The translations under genes and the position numbers were made by a program. A stretch of 64,000 nucleotides of DNA from a virus (taxonomy: Duplodnaviria; Caudoviricetes), in the IMG/VR virus record IMGVR_UViG_3300031993_000006, positions 32,001 to 96,000 of that record. One strand, given 5' to 3'. This document shows positions 41,467 to 52,179 of the stretch, piece by piece. Numbering within the stretch: position 1 is the first letter of the stretch; every line of letters starts with the position of its first letter. The notes under the pieces were generated by a model. That model saw only the letters and a list, made by a program, of their open reading frames with translations. It did no database searches and had not been told where the DNA came from.

Positions 41467-43443
41467 ATGGGAAACGCAAGATTTCAACAGTTAAACGATA
41501 CGATAAAGGCAGCCATACCAGGTGTCATTCCCGGTAGCGCAACCTCGGGACCCATCCTACAGTTCCTTGTAGCCGAGTTACTCGCAACAGAATATGCCAA
41601 GATGAATCCGACCGGTATCGCACCGGGCGACTTTTTTACGCGAGTCTATAACGGAATAAAAAGTAATCCGGGCCTGTTAGCTAGCGTATCCAATTACAAC
41701 TACCCGTTCAAGCATGTATACCCGTTTGCTTCCCAGCCGTTATCGCTCAGTCAAGCATCGGCCGAACTTTTCGCATTCTTCAAGGAATATGAAATTCCCG
41801 TTACACTAACCGGGGCTAGCATAAATCCAACACAAGCCGCGCAAATCAAGACGAATATCACTAATTTCGCTGCAGCCGACCCTGCCGATGCCCAAACATA
41901 TGCCAATGCATTCAATCAAGTAGTAACACCTGGCTTAGTCGGTGTCGTTAAACGATTTTTCCCTAACCTAATCTATAACGTACTTGGTTTTGCCCAAGCT
42001 TCAACGGGAACCAACCGTCCGGCCCCGGAACTTAAACTCCTCGAGGTCAGCAACTTAATCTGCAACAATGACCAGCAGAAAGCGTTTGCTGCGATACGAC
42101 CGCTAACCCAATATTGCTATCTATCCCAATTCGACACCGATGCGCCGAATTCTGTCCAACTGGATAGTTCCAAGCTAGAAGCTACCCTTGAATCCATCAA
42201 GACAGCATTTAGCAATGCTTCAGCCGCCGCACAAGATACCCTGCGAACGGCACTGAAACAACCGGCAATTAATATCAACAGTACGGCAGATTCAATTGAT
42301 TCTTTCTTAGGGGCAGGTGCAAATCCTCCTCCCCCGGGTGGCAATAATCCGCCCCCAGGCGGCAATAACACTCCGCCGAGTGGTGACAATAATCCGCCGC
42401 CGGGTGGCAATAATCCGCCCCCAAGTGGCGATAATCCTCCACCGAGTGACGATAACACTCCGCCGGCTGGCAACAATACTCCCGCAGATAACAATGCTAA
42501 CCAAGCAAACCAATCGAACCCACAGTTGAACACCTACGGGCTCCACCCGACTGCGTTCGAGATTCTACAGGGTATGTCCATTGACAATGCACAGCTCAAG
42601 GAAGCGCTTGAGGTATTGGCTGGGAGCAACTACTATGCCACCCCGTACTTTACCACATACATGCCCGGTATTACCGAAAAAGCAGCCGCGCAACTCCTGG
42701 ATAACCAGACAGAAAAGGGCTCCCATAGGCCGTTCAAGGTCTCTGCAGGTGAACCCGGGGCTAGGAAAACTATCCTCATCCCGCCGGCATTCAAGATTGA
42801 CAACTCGCAGACCATCTGGTCCCGCGCCGTCATCAACAACCTTGGATTCCCGTTCATCAACTTCAGCTCCCCTGCAGTCCTTGCCCTTATCAAGAGCAAC
42901 GACCCGAAGGAAGTGAAGGCCGCATACAAGAATGTCAAGGCCCTGTTCAAGGAATGCCACCTGAAACGCCCGATTGACACGCTGAAGGACTTTGCCAAGG
43001 CGAAATACCGGAACAGCGCACTGAACGCCCTTGCCGTACAGGCCGACGAACTCTACAATGCGGAGTCCGGTATGAAGGTAACTGCTTCAATCATCGCACC
43101 TTACACAAAGAACCTGTCAATTAAGGGTACCGTCGAACTTCCAATGGACTTCCTTACGGCATTCTACACGGTCCTGTCCCCGGTACAAGCTACCCGGCAA
43201 TATACCGAACTCTGCGAAATGGGGGTTACCGAGTATCTCAACTTCCTTTCCGTGAACGCGAAACCGCCAATCTACATCCTGAACCCGAAAAACCTAATTT
43301 TCCGTAGGGGACCCAAGGCAGGGCTCCTCCACGAGCTGTTCAGTTCCAAGACGGCACCTATCCTCGTAAGGGCTAGGGTCAGCGGACGCGACGGCGGCTT
43401 CATGATACCCGAAAGAGTAGCTGACAAGATTTTCACCACCTAA
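41467..43443 (+). CDS. Late protein with PPP(G/S)GNN repeats; C-terminal domain paralogous to the next gene
   Basis: Late promoter upstream; shared WxxxVIxxxGxPxIN..PAV and PPxYxLxPK motifs. Confidence 0.82.
   Translation: MGNARFQQLNDTIKAAIPGVIPGSATSGPILQFLVAELLATEYAKMNPTGIAPGDFFTRVYNGIKSNPGLLASVSNYNYPFKHVYPFASQPLSLSQASAELFAFFKEYEIPVTLTGASINPTQAAQIKTNITNFAAADPADAQTYANAFNQVVTPGLVGVVKRFFPNLIYNVLGFAQASTGTNRPAPELKLLEVSNLICNNDQQKAFAAIRPLTQYCYLSQFDTDAPNSVQLDSSKLEATLESIKTAFSNASAAAQDTLRTALKQPAININSTADSIDSFLGAGANPPPPGGNNPPPGGNNTPPSGDNNPPPGGNNPPPSGDNPPPSDDNTPPAGNNTPADNNANQANQSNPQLNTYGLHPTAFEILQGMSIDNAQLKEALEVLAGSNYYATPYFTTYMPGITEKAAAQLLDNQTEKGSHRPFKVSAGEPGARKTILIPPAFKIDNSQTIWSRAVINNLGFPFINFSSPAVLALIKSNDPKEVKAAYKNVKALFKECHLKRPIDTLKDFAKAKYRNSALNALAVQADELYNAESGMKVTASIIAPYTKNLSIKGTVELPMDFLTAFYTVLSPVQATRQYTELCEMGVTEYLNFLSVNAKPPIYILNPKNLIFRRGPKAGLLHELFSSKTAPILVRARVSGRDGGFMIPERVADKIFTT
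42322..42495 (+). repeat. About 21-bp coding tandem repeats (PPPGGNN / PPSGDNN)
   Basis: ccgccgggtggcaataat-type units, about 7-8 copies. Confidence 0.85.
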
Positions 43444-43482
43444 GGCAAAATAAACTACCATCAACCAATAAGGAATTTCAAT

Positions 43483-45444
43483 ATGTCATCATACCTCTGG
43501 GAACTACCTAACCGCGGCGGCACTCTTTTCGAGCAGGCTATATTTGAAGCTAACCAGCCTCACTGGGAGTCATTCCAGTTTACAGCCAAGGGTACACAAG
43601 ATTTTTCAGCGATAGAACCCAATTTGAAAAATCTTGGGCAAAATGTGCAAGTCACCGCACCTTCTGCCAATAACCCAGGCAAGGTCATTTTCAATACCAA
43701 TGCCCCGAATGTTCAACAGTTTGTTGACCAGTTGAAAAATAACGGAACGATTGAGCCAATTCAAGTAAATAGCCAGCAGGCCCAGCAAGGAAATATCACG
43801 TTCTCGCTGAAAGAAGATAATGAACAGACGCGCAACCTGATTAAACAGAAACTCGCTGACCTCGGGCTCAAAGAAAATACCGATTTCCGCTTCCAGAATC
43901 CCCAGAACCAAGGCGACCCGGCTACATTGATTGTACGAAAACCGAATGATGCATCTATCATTGAAAAGTTTAAGCAATCATGCGGTGCATTGGTCACCGA
44001 TACCCGTTCCCAGGATGACCAGTCTAAAGAAGAACTTGGACAGCGCGAAAAATTCATAGCCTCTCTAATTGACCAGTACCCTCCAAAAATTAAGACCGAT
44101 GTCGCTCTTGCGGTATACTTCCTATCTCAAGGCAAATGGTTCAACGGACAGAATCCGGCCGATGAAAAACAGGCGAATATTGTCAATACCTTTGTTGATG
44201 CAATCGGAAAGCATAATGCTGAACAGGTAAAAATGGCAATTCAGCACATAGTTTCGCTAATTACCGAAGGAAAAATCACGGTAGACCCGAACAATATCGG
44301 TCTATACTCGGTCCCTAATATCGAGAAACAGGTTACAGGCAATATCCAGATGCCGGCGATGTTTGAATCCGAACCGGACGATTCAATGTGGAACGAAATC
44401 GTCATTACAGATTTCGGCATCCCGATGATTAACCTCGGGCATCCGGCAGTCAAAAAGGTAATCGCATCAGAAAATCCGGAGGAAGACTGCCCGGGTGAAC
44501 TCAAGATGTTCAAGAGCAAGGTCTACGAAAACCCAGGACTTCAGAAAGTATTCGGCAAGGGCGGGTTCAACCGTGTCATCGTCGACAAGGCGTTCAACCT
44601 TCTTACCCTCGGTGTAGCCGGTGCTACTACCGATGCAGGCAAGCGCGCTGACCGTATCGTGAAGGAACTCAAGGAAAAGGGTGGCATGAGCACTCACCGC
44701 AACCTCCTCCTTGTCAAGTATGACGATATTGTCGATGCTGACCCTGAAAATGCCGATATCACCATCAAGGCACTCGCTTATAACAGAGCCAACAAGAAGT
44801 TCATGGGTGAACTCGATGTTCCGGCCCGGACGCTCGCCCAGTTCTACAGCGCGGTAGACCCGGTGAAGTCCTCGAAGATTTACATCGAAATGTATAATAA
44901 CGAGGATGTCGGCGACTACGGGTTTGCCGGCACTCAGAACTCCGGTTCCGGCACATACGACCAGAAGTCCCGCAATAACATCCTCTCCCATATCGGCGAA
45001 GCAAACTCTGTCGATAAGGGCGAACCCCTGTTTGAATATGCAGGTGCACCTGCACAATCCGAAAACAAGAAGCCGCTTTACGAATACATCCTCGCGACAG
45101 CTCTTGCCGTAGGCGCAACCGCTGCTGTTCCTCAAATCAAGAACCTCGTTGCCGGCGTAAGGGGTGGAAACAAGAATAACACCGTCGGTAACGCAAAGGA
45201 AAACAACGGCGAACAGTTTGCCCAGCTCAAGAAGGAATATGTCGAGATGCTTTCCAAGGAAGGCCATCCGCCTTCCTACGTCCTGAAGCCAAAGAGTGCC
45301 AACAAGGAAGTCGTCGTGATTTCCAAGGCAAGCACCGGCCATATCCACGGCGGAAAGGTCCTGATGGTTTCCCTCAAGATTGGCGAACACCAGGCAGCCT
45401 GCTTCATGAGCCCGGAAACGGTCAAGAAATACTTCTCGGTGTAA
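43483..45444 (+). CDS. Late protein, paralog of 41467-43443 in its C-terminal half
   Basis: ATAAACT at 43450; N-terminal LFEQAIFEA motif; shared C-terminal motifs. Confidence 0.82.
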   Translation: MSSYLWELPNRGGTLFEQAIFEANQPHWESFQFTAKGTQDFSAIEPNLKNLGQNVQVTAPSANNPGKVIFNTNAPNVQQFVDQLKNNGTIEPIQVNSQQAQQGNITFSLKEDNEQTRNLIKQKLADLGLKENTDFRFQNPQNQGDPATLIVRKPNDASIIEKFKQSCGALVTDTRSQDDQSKEELGQREKFIASLIDQYPPKIKTDVALAVYFLSQGKWFNGQNPADEKQANIVNTFVDAIGKHNAEQVKMAIQHIVSLITEGKITVDPNNIGLYSVPNIEKQVTGNIQMPAMFESEPDDSMWNEIVITDFGIPMINLGHPAVKKVIASENPEEDCPGELKMFKSKVYENPGLQKVFGKGGFNRVIVDKAFNLLTLGVAGATTDAGKRADRIVKELKEKGGMSTHRNLLLVKYDDIVDADPENADITIKALAYNRANKKFMGELDVPARTLAQFYSAVDPVKSSKIYIEMYNNEDVGDYGFAGTQNSGSGTYDQKSRNNILSHIGEANSVDKGEPLFEYAGAPAQSENKKPLYEYILATALAVGATAAVPQIKNLVAGVRGGNKNNTVGNAKENNGEQFAQLKKEYVEMLSKEGHPPSYVLKPKSANKEVVVISKASTGHIHGGKVLMVSLKIGEHQAACFMSPETVKKYFSV

Positions 45445-45446
45445 TA

Positions 45447-46526
45447 ATGAAGCTCGATACTTTCCTACATAACTCAAAGGCCATCGTCGAGAACAACATG
45501 GCCTTTTACTCCCGGAAGGCGGATTCCGGGCGCAAGCTCCGTTCCAAGTCAATGGTCCGGTATTTCCAGGGTATTACCCGGAATTCCTCGGGCCAGGCGG
45601 TTACCGAATGGAAAGTGCCGTCCGCTTCCGACCCCGAAAAGGCTTACCGCTGCTACATCTCGATAGAGCCACAGCAGGGTAACCTTTTTGTACTCGCCCG
45701 TTCGGGAGGGCGCATGAAGGAAAGGATGGAGCTAATCAAGACCGCAGATGTAAGGTGCTTCTGTACCTGCCCGGACTTCAACTGGAGCGGGATGAAATAC
45801 AATATGAAGCACCGCTATGGCGGCTACGAGGAGGGGCATACATCATCCGACGGAGTACCTGACGGGTCCGATATCCGCCCAAGGGTCAGGGACCCCCGGG
45901 GCAGAAACACGGTATGCAAGCACTTACTTGCCTGCTTCAACGGCATAATGCTCAGTGCCCCAACCATCCTCAAGGCTACCCGTGAAGCCAAGTTCCCCCA
46001 GGAATACACCAAGAAACCCGAAACGCCGACAACGCTCGACAAGGACAAGTCAGCCAATGACAAGCTGAGCGGAAAGCTTACCGTAATGAATGACGGAAAG
46101 AAAGATACAAAGGCTACGGGTGAAGTCAAGACGGTCGGAGGCAGCAAACCGGAAGATACAAAGACTACAGGCGACATTACCGTTCTCAGTAAGGACAAGA
46201 AGGCGGTAGTCGACTACCCGTCCAAGGACGACGAAATCAAGGCGCTCGGCGAGTCTGCCCCAGTGAAGATTCCGGAAGCCCAACAGGCCCTCGATGCACT
46301 CGCAACCAGCCTCGGACAATCCAAAGGTGCTGCCGCTACACCGACTACCGGGGAAATCACCGCCGTCGGTAACCCGGAAACCGGTAAAGAATCCGGTGAA
46401 AATAGTGAAATCACCGTTCTCGGCAATGGCGAAGATGCCGATTTCAGCAATCCTCTAACAGATATAGAGGATGCCGCACAGATGCCAATGTTCAACCCCG
46501 ATGACGATGACGACGATATGCAATAG
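45447..46526 (+). CDS. SWIM-type zinc-finger protein with a low-complexity C-terminus
   Basis: KVPSASDPEKAYRC..CFCTCPDF..VCKHLLA. Confidence 0.78.
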   Translation: MKLDTFLHNSKAIVENNMAFYSRKADSGRKLRSKSMVRYFQGITRNSSGQAVTEWKVPSASDPEKAYRCYISIEPQQGNLFVLARSGGRMKERMELIKTADVRCFCTCPDFNWSGMKYNMKHRYGGYEEGHTSSDGVPDGSDIRPRVRDPRGRNTVCKHLLACFNGIMLSAPTILKATREAKFPQEYTKKPETPTTLDKDKSANDKLSGKLTVMNDGKKDTKATGEVKTVGGSKPEDTKTTGDITVLSKDKKAVVDYPSKDDEIKALGESAPVKIPEAQQALDALATSLGQSKGAAATPTTGEITAVGNPETGKESGENSEITVLGNGEDADFSNPLTDIEDAAQMPMFNPDDDDDDMQ

Positions 46527-46552
46527 TTTCCTAGCTGAAAGGAAATTTGCAT

Positions 46553-47248
46553 ATGTCTATTTATGTTGTCGGCTCATCAAAGAACATGTTTCCCGAACTA
46601 GACGCCGGGAGAGAAAAATTCATCGTAGATAACCCGCACGAAGGCGACAATATCGACCGCCTTAACAAGTGGTACTGCGAGCTTACCGGTCTTTACCATC
46701 TCTGGAAGAATACGGATGCCGGATATATCGGACTTGAACATTACCGTCGCTTCTTCGCATCCCTCAAGCACGAAAAACAGCGTATGGGAATCGAAGAAGC
46801 CCAGGAAATCCTCGAAAAGCACGACATTATAGTGACCGAATACCATCACGGCCCGCGCTATACCGCCCTACAGTGGTTCAAGGACTCGTCCAGGAACAGA
46901 ATCTCCTATATAGTCTACCTACAGAAATTCCTCGAAGTGCTTAGCGAGGAAGACCGGGTGGGCTTCTCTGAATATCTAAACCGTCACTCCCTCATTCAGT
47001 GCAATATGTTCATCGGGAAGCGTCCCGTAATTGACCGTTGGTGCCGATTTATATTCGATGCGCTCGCGAAATATGACAAGATTTGCCCGCCGACGGAAAA
47101 CAACATCCGCATGAACGGCTACCTGTCAGAACACATATTCGGGTACTGGCTAGAAAAAGAGAAGGTACCCTATTACAGGGTACCCAAGGTTGAAATCGAA
47201 TATATCGTCCGTCAGGGAAACGGACCGGTCTCTATTGGACCAGCTTAA
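46553..47248 (+). CDS. DUF4422-family putative glycosyltransferase
   Basis: GDNIDRLNKWYCELTGLYHLWKN..YIGLEHYRRFF..CNMFI..RMNGYLSE signature. Confidence 0.85.
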   Translation: MSIYVVGSSKNMFPELDAGREKFIVDNPHEGDNIDRLNKWYCELTGLYHLWKNTDAGYIGLEHYRRFFASLKHEKQRMGIEEAQEILEKHDIIVTEYHHGPRYTALQWFKDSSRNRISYIVYLQKFLEVLSEEDRVGFSEYLNRHSLIQCNMFIGKRPVIDRWCRFIFDALAKYDKICPPTENNIRMNGYLSEHIFGYWLEKEKVPYYRVPKVEIEYIVRQGNGPVSIGPA

Positions 47249-50200
47249 TTGCCAATGACTCGGTTGCCGTATCGACCATGAAGTCATCCGGTTCCACGGC
47301 ATTGTTGACAACGGAATACGCGGTGAGCTCATCCCCGTTGGTACACCAAGCGTAGCAGCCGAATGTATCGACGAGCTCGCCATTTTCATCCATACGCCCA
47401 GTCGGTTCAAAACCAAGATGCTTCTTTGCGACTACCTCAGGGTCATTACCGAGATGCTCGATTTCAGAAAGCGTCGGGAGACGCCATCCGGACGGCAACC
47501 CATTGGCAATATACTGACGAGCCTCGTCCATACTGAACAAGGTGGCATTCCGGCTCGTATTCATCTTGCCATTGTTCAACCTGACAAAACCGTCCATCCA
47601 GTTAAGCCCGTTAGCCACATGGTACTGAATCGAACCCTGCCCCTTAGATGCCGCAGCAACGCCGCCCGATACCGCAAACTGTGAAGTATTGCCGGCAAGC
47701 TCCTTTACCTTTTTGGCAAGAACAGCTGCCTCATCCGGCGGCAAGGTATCGATTAGCTTATTGATATTCATCTCGTTTGCCCGGATGAACTGACGGCTAA
47801 ACAATTCCCACCCAGCCCGGGCGCCGAGACGGATAAGCATCAGCAATCCGTCGGATGTAGAACTCATCTTTTGAAGCTTGTCCGGAGTGATGTACTTCTG
47901 GCAAAGTTCTCTTGCGATATTGAGTGGTATCTTATCAATCTGTGAAAGCATCGCATCGGAATGCGTTTCCATAAAGGTCGCCAAGTCTTCAGGCTCGATT
48001 ACCCGCTTACCAGGTTCAACATCCTTATCATATCTATTAGATATTTCAAACAGACTACTCAAGGCTAAATCTTGCGCTTTGATTGCATCTTCCTCACCAC
48101 GAATATTTCCATCGTATAGAGGCTTCGTAAGAATTCTTGCCCCAGCGAAACATGTCCCAATGAGAGCAATCTCAGCTTTTTCATCCGTCGTTTCTAGCAA
48201 TGTATGGTGCAGCTTATCATATATTCGCATCAGTTTCAGACGAACAGTATCCAATGGGATTACAACCATCTTCTTTACTGTCTTTTCGCCATTACCAACA
48301 GAGACATCTTTCAATTCACTCTTAGTACACTTGAATATACCAGTCTTTCGGTCAAGAAACATCTTTGTTGCAAGTACTTCATCTGCACTGAATAGCGCAA
48401 AATAAAACTTTAGCATCACAAGGTACATCTGTAAGATATCAGAATCGCATATAGCAAACTTATCCTTGTTAGGCTCGATAAAGACTTTGATATATTGGGT
48501 TTCAGTATACTTATCTTCAACCAGCAAATATCTATCATTGAAATTGCTATCCACGATATTACGGAATACATCCTTTAATCGACGCCCCCACACCGTATTC
48601 TTTTCAACATCATACAATACATCAGGTGAATCGGCATAAGTCTTAAAGATATATAGCAATTCATTTTGATTTATTACACCTGAATCAGCACGGTAGCGAA
48701 TCATGCGAACCAAGTTTTTGGCATCAACCGATTTCATATATAAAGGATTATTATCATTTCCAATCTGAGAAAGCCACCGAAGTTTCGGCCAGACCTGCAG
48801 CCCGCGAACTCGAGTAACCAGCACACCAATCTCATGCACTAAATTATCAGTTTCATCCGTCGCATGTCCATTACCATCACAAGTTTCTTTATAAGCAATC
48901 TCCTGTAACTGCGGAGTAACCACACGGCGGCAATCATCCATAATCCGTTTAGCAAGAGCAGCATCTTGTTGTTCATACGTATTACCGGCATCGGTAAGAA
49001 ACTGTGGAGAGAATTCAGTACGATTAAAAATATATAATATCCAAGAAGTAAAGTAATGGATAATAGCCACCGCGGTACCATACTCTACCGATGGTGACCC
49101 CATATCATAAATCGATTCGATTGCGTCATCAGATATCGATACATACTCGCCTGTTTTCTTAGCCATATCATTAAGCAAGTCAACGAAATACCCAATAGAC
49201 GTATTCTTAATAAGAGCTACCTGATACTCTGGGTTATTCAACCTCCTGGCACTTTCAGTTGTTGTATTTGACCCAATCGAGCCGACCAGGCCACCGATTT
49301 TATGTCTAGCTGAAATAGTATCGCCTTCCTTTCCATCGGTAAGCGCGTATAGAGTCTCATCCGGATATTCCACTAGAGCAGCAAACCCTATCTCAGGTTC
49401 ATTACCAAAAATATCCCGGACAATACTTTTCATGCGAGCATCGAGAATCGACTCCGCATCGTCATAAGTTGCGCCATTATTTACAAAATCTTTCAAGTCA
49501 TCGATATCAAGTATCTTCGCCTCGAGACACTCAACAAGTAGAGCCAATGACTTCAGAACACTAATTCCGTATTCAAGCTCATTATCTTCAAATAACCTGC
49601 CACCAATATTGACTATACGACCAGTAGTCACATTACTAAGCTTCCCATAATAATCATTCTTTGCCAAAATCTTGGCCAAGCGACAGTACAGCAAGAACTT
49701 AATCGACTTATTATTACGAGCTGTACACGCTCTACGGACATCTTTAATAAATCCTTGCCAAACTGTATGTTCTGTTACATTATAGGATTTATAATAAATA
49801 TCGCATTGATGCGAAATATTATTAAAATACCCGGCTTCCCCTAGCGTTAAAATAGAACTGAAGGCCTGAATATAATCAGATAACAGAGCGTAACCCTTGT
49901 CAGAAACAAACTTTACCCTCGCTAAAGTATTACCACCAACAGTATCAGTCCATACATCGGCATAACCGTCAGTTTGACTTTCATCGGTTATTTGATTAGT
50001 TCGACTATTACCAAAATCATTCATTATTAGCCAAGCGACCTTAGACTTAGCATTCTTCGGGTCACCATCTACAGTACCAATAGACGGAATATCCCACCAT
50101 TCGCTCCCGTCACTATTTCTTGCAATGCATGATGCGCCCTCGCCGGTGATATTTTTATGTAACGGTGACACAATAGCATGGTCAAAAAAATCATCATCAG

Positions 50201-50807
50201 GATTTACCCTATTAGATGCCGATAACGCTCGCTTTGATATCAAATCTTGAAATCGATTCATTACACTCAGGCCAAGCCTACGACCAGCCACCTTGGCATC
50301 AATCCTATTCACAAATTCAACGGCTTCGTCAGAAGTGCTCGGCGATTCGTGGAATCTTGTCGCAACGATTTCACCGATTCTTCCCATCATTACGGTCTTA
50401 ATATTTTCAATCGTATTCTGTAAATCATTATTGCGACGCACCTCAGGATAGACATATTCGATAGTGCCACCTGAGGTACGATACCCGATTCCACTAGCTT
50501 TAAGTCCAGCATCAACTATATCGCTGACTTTCTGGTCGATTGCCCGGAAACACGGGGATTCATTAAGCTTACGAATCATTTTTGAATTATTAAGCGACCC
50601 ATCCTCATTCAGACATTCGGTAACATCCAGGTTTAACATACTGGCCATCTTGCCATACGGGAAAGGAATCAACTGAACACCCTTCGGAGCAGGGGTACCG
50701 GCTTCGAATAATACCCGGTAGGCACATTCAGTCAATGCGACCATTGCCGCGTCCACACCTTCAGAAATCAATTCCTTGTATTCACCTGCTGAAAACATAT
50801 CGTACAC
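47232..50807 (-). CDS. Large late protein with a C-terminal degenerate Fib_succ_major (FISUMP)-like domain
   Basis: TATAAACT at 50829-50836; C-terminal GLNWMDG..LFSMDEA..LPSGWRLPTLSE..GFEPTGR..YAW..SLAIKLVQ. Confidence 0.75.
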   Translation of the reverse strand: MYDMFSAGEYKELISEGVDAAMVALTECAYRVLFEAGTPAPKGVQLIPFPYGKMASMLNLDVTECLNEDGSLNNSKMIRKLNESPCFRAIDQKVSDIVDAGLKASGIGYRTSGGTIEYVYPEVRRNNDLQNTIENIKTVMMGRIGEIVATRFHESPSTSDEAVEFVNRIDAKVAGRRLGLSVMNRFQDLISKRALSASNRVNPDDDFFDHAIVSPLHKNITGEGASCIARNSDGSEWWDIPSIGTVDGDPKNAKSKVAWLIMNDFGNSRTNQITDESQTDGYADVWTDTVGGNTLARVKFVSDKGYALLSDYIQAFSSILTLGEAGYFNNISHQCDIYYKSYNVTEHTVWQGFIKDVRRACTARNNKSIKFLLYCRLAKILAKNDYYGKLSNVTTGRIVNIGGRLFEDNELEYGISVLKSLALLVECLEAKILDIDDLKDFVNNGATYDDAESILDARMKSIVRDIFGNEPEIGFAALVEYPDETLYALTDGKEGDTISARHKIGGLVGSIGSNTTTESARRLNNPEYQVALIKNTSIGYFVDLLNDMAKKTGEYVSISDDAIESIYDMGSPSVEYGTAVAIIHYFTSWILYIFNRTEFSPQFLTDAGNTYEQQDAALAKRIMDDCRRVVTPQLQEIAYKETCDGNGHATDETDNLVHEIGVLVTRVRGLQVWPKLRWLSQIGNDNNPLYMKSVDAKNLVRMIRYRADSGVINQNELLYIFKTYADSPDVLYDVEKNTVWGRRLKDVFRNIVDSNFNDRYLLVEDKYTETQYIKVFIEPNKDKFAICDSDILQMYLVMLKFYFALFSADEVLATKMFLDRKTGIFKCTKSELKDVSVGNGEKTVKKMVVIPLDTVRLKLMRIYDKLHHTLLETTDEKAEIALIGTCFAGARILTKPLYDGNIRGEEDAIKAQDLALSSLFEISNRYDKDVEPGKRVIEPEDLATFMETHSDAMLSQIDKIPLNIARELCQKYITPDKLQKMSSTSDGLLMLIRLGARAGWELFSRQFIRANEMNINKLIDTLPPDEAAVLAKKVKELAGNTSQFAVSGGVAAASKGQGSIQYHVANGLNWMDGFVRLNNGKMNTSRNATLFSMDEARQYIANGLPSGWRLPTLSEIEHLGNDPEVVAKKHLGFEPTGRMDENGELVDTFGCYAWCTNGDELTAYSVVNNAVEPDDFMVDTATESLAIKLVQ

Positions 50808-50898
50808 CCGGGTTGCTTAATTATCCATAGTTTATATATCGAATCTTTGCCCCAATATGATAAACTATCGATTAACCAGATTCCAGTCAGGTACGGAA

Positions 50899-52158
50899 AT
50901 GTCGGAACAGAAACAGTATATCCTCCCGAAAGCAATGGTTGAATGTGTCAAGGAAGCATACCATGAACTCTTTGGCGAACCTATGTTAGAGAGCCTTCTT
51001 CTCGAAGCTAATCAGCGTGAAATCGACGCCAAAACCCGCGAGGCTATATACAAGGCTATCGTAATCAACATTATCGGTCAGGAACCCGAAGACTGGAATG
51101 ACCCCCGTGTCCAACAGCTTTACCAGCAAATCCGAGCCGACCATGCCCAGCCGGTAAGCCAATTCCTTGGCCGGGTGCAAAACGAACGCATAATCGAGCT
51201 TCCGGACTATGACGCAAATACCTTTACTAACCGTCGTGGCCATGAACTTACCCTGATGGAATCAACAAAAAATAACCTCAGGCAGACCTTCTTCAACTTT
51301 GAAGGTGCCAATACTGACTATATGCCCGGTGTTGCTAGAATAGCTGTCCTACGTACCGGTTTTGGCGGTTGTAGCTTCGGAACTCCCGAACAGGACCCCG
51401 GCGATATCAAGCTTCTCAAAGCTTTTATAAAGTATGTCTGTGAAGTGTGCCCGGACCCTGCAGCAGAAGATGCTCAATTTAACTTCGACCTTAACGGAAT
51501 GACCCTTCGTGACATACGCGGTGGATTCGGTAATACACTCAATCAAGATATCGAAGCCCGAAAGGATGCCGTCCGCAACTATACCCCACAAGGTGAAGCT
51601 CGCGGAAACTACCGTATTGTCCATATTCCAGACTTCCAGACCGCATCCCAATACCGTCGTTATTTTACGGTATCCCCTTGGTGCATATGCACTTCCCAAA
51701 TGATGTGGGACTCATACACCCTCGAAGGAGCCAATACAGTATACTTCTGTCTCCGAGACGGGTTCGAAGATGTTCCGCCCGAACCAGGTCCAGATGCTCC
51801 GCTTGATGACTACGGCACCAGCATGATTGCCGTCATTGTTGAACCAGACGGCGACCTCTGCACCGCAACACCAAGATGGAACGATGCCAACGGAAGCAGT
51901 GACTATCTCCTGACCGAAGAAAATGTGATGGATATCATCGGCCGACGCTTCTCGGAAGCATTTCCTCCGGTTGAACACGAACAGCCGGAATACCTTAGGA
52001 ACATGCCGCCAATGCGTGACGGTATGCCCCCGCGCGGAATGATACCTCCAATGCGTGGCGGTATGCCACCCCGAGGAATGATGCCACCGCGCGGAATGAT
52101 GCTACCTCCGAATGGCGCATTCGATGACGATATGCCGCCGCGTGGTTTCCGTCGTTAA
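50899..52158 (+). CDS. Late protein with a WC-motif domain and a PPRGM-repeat tail
   Basis: ATAAACT at 50860; MLESLLLEA; PWCIC..WDSY..VYFCL..DDYGTS..RWN. Confidence 0.8.
   Translation: MSEQKQYILPKAMVECVKEAYHELFGEPMLESLLLEANQREIDAKTREAIYKAIVINIIGQEPEDWNDPRVQQLYQQIRADHAQPVSQFLGRVQNERIIELPDYDANTFTNRRGHELTLMESTKNNLRQTFFNFEGANTDYMPGVARIAVLRTGFGGCSFGTPEQDPGDIKLLKAFIKYVCEVCPDPAAEDAQFNFDLNGMTLRDIRGGFGNTLNQDIEARKDAVRNYTPQGEARGNYRIVHIPDFQTASQYRRYFTVSPWCICTSQMMWDSYTLEGANTVYFCLRDGFEDVPPEPGPDAPLDDYGTSMIAVIVEPDGDLCTATPRWNDANGSSDYLLTEENVMDIIGRRFSEAFPPVEHEQPEYLRNMPPMRDGMPPRGMIPPMRGGMPPRGMMPPRGMMLPPNGAFDDDMPPRGFRR
52003..52155 (+). repeat. Coding repeats PP(M)RG(G)M
   Basis: MPPMRDGMPPRGMIPPMRGGMPPRGMMPPRGMM..PPRGFRR. 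Confidence 0.8.
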
Positions 52159-52179
52159 TTATCTCACACAGGATTTTCT

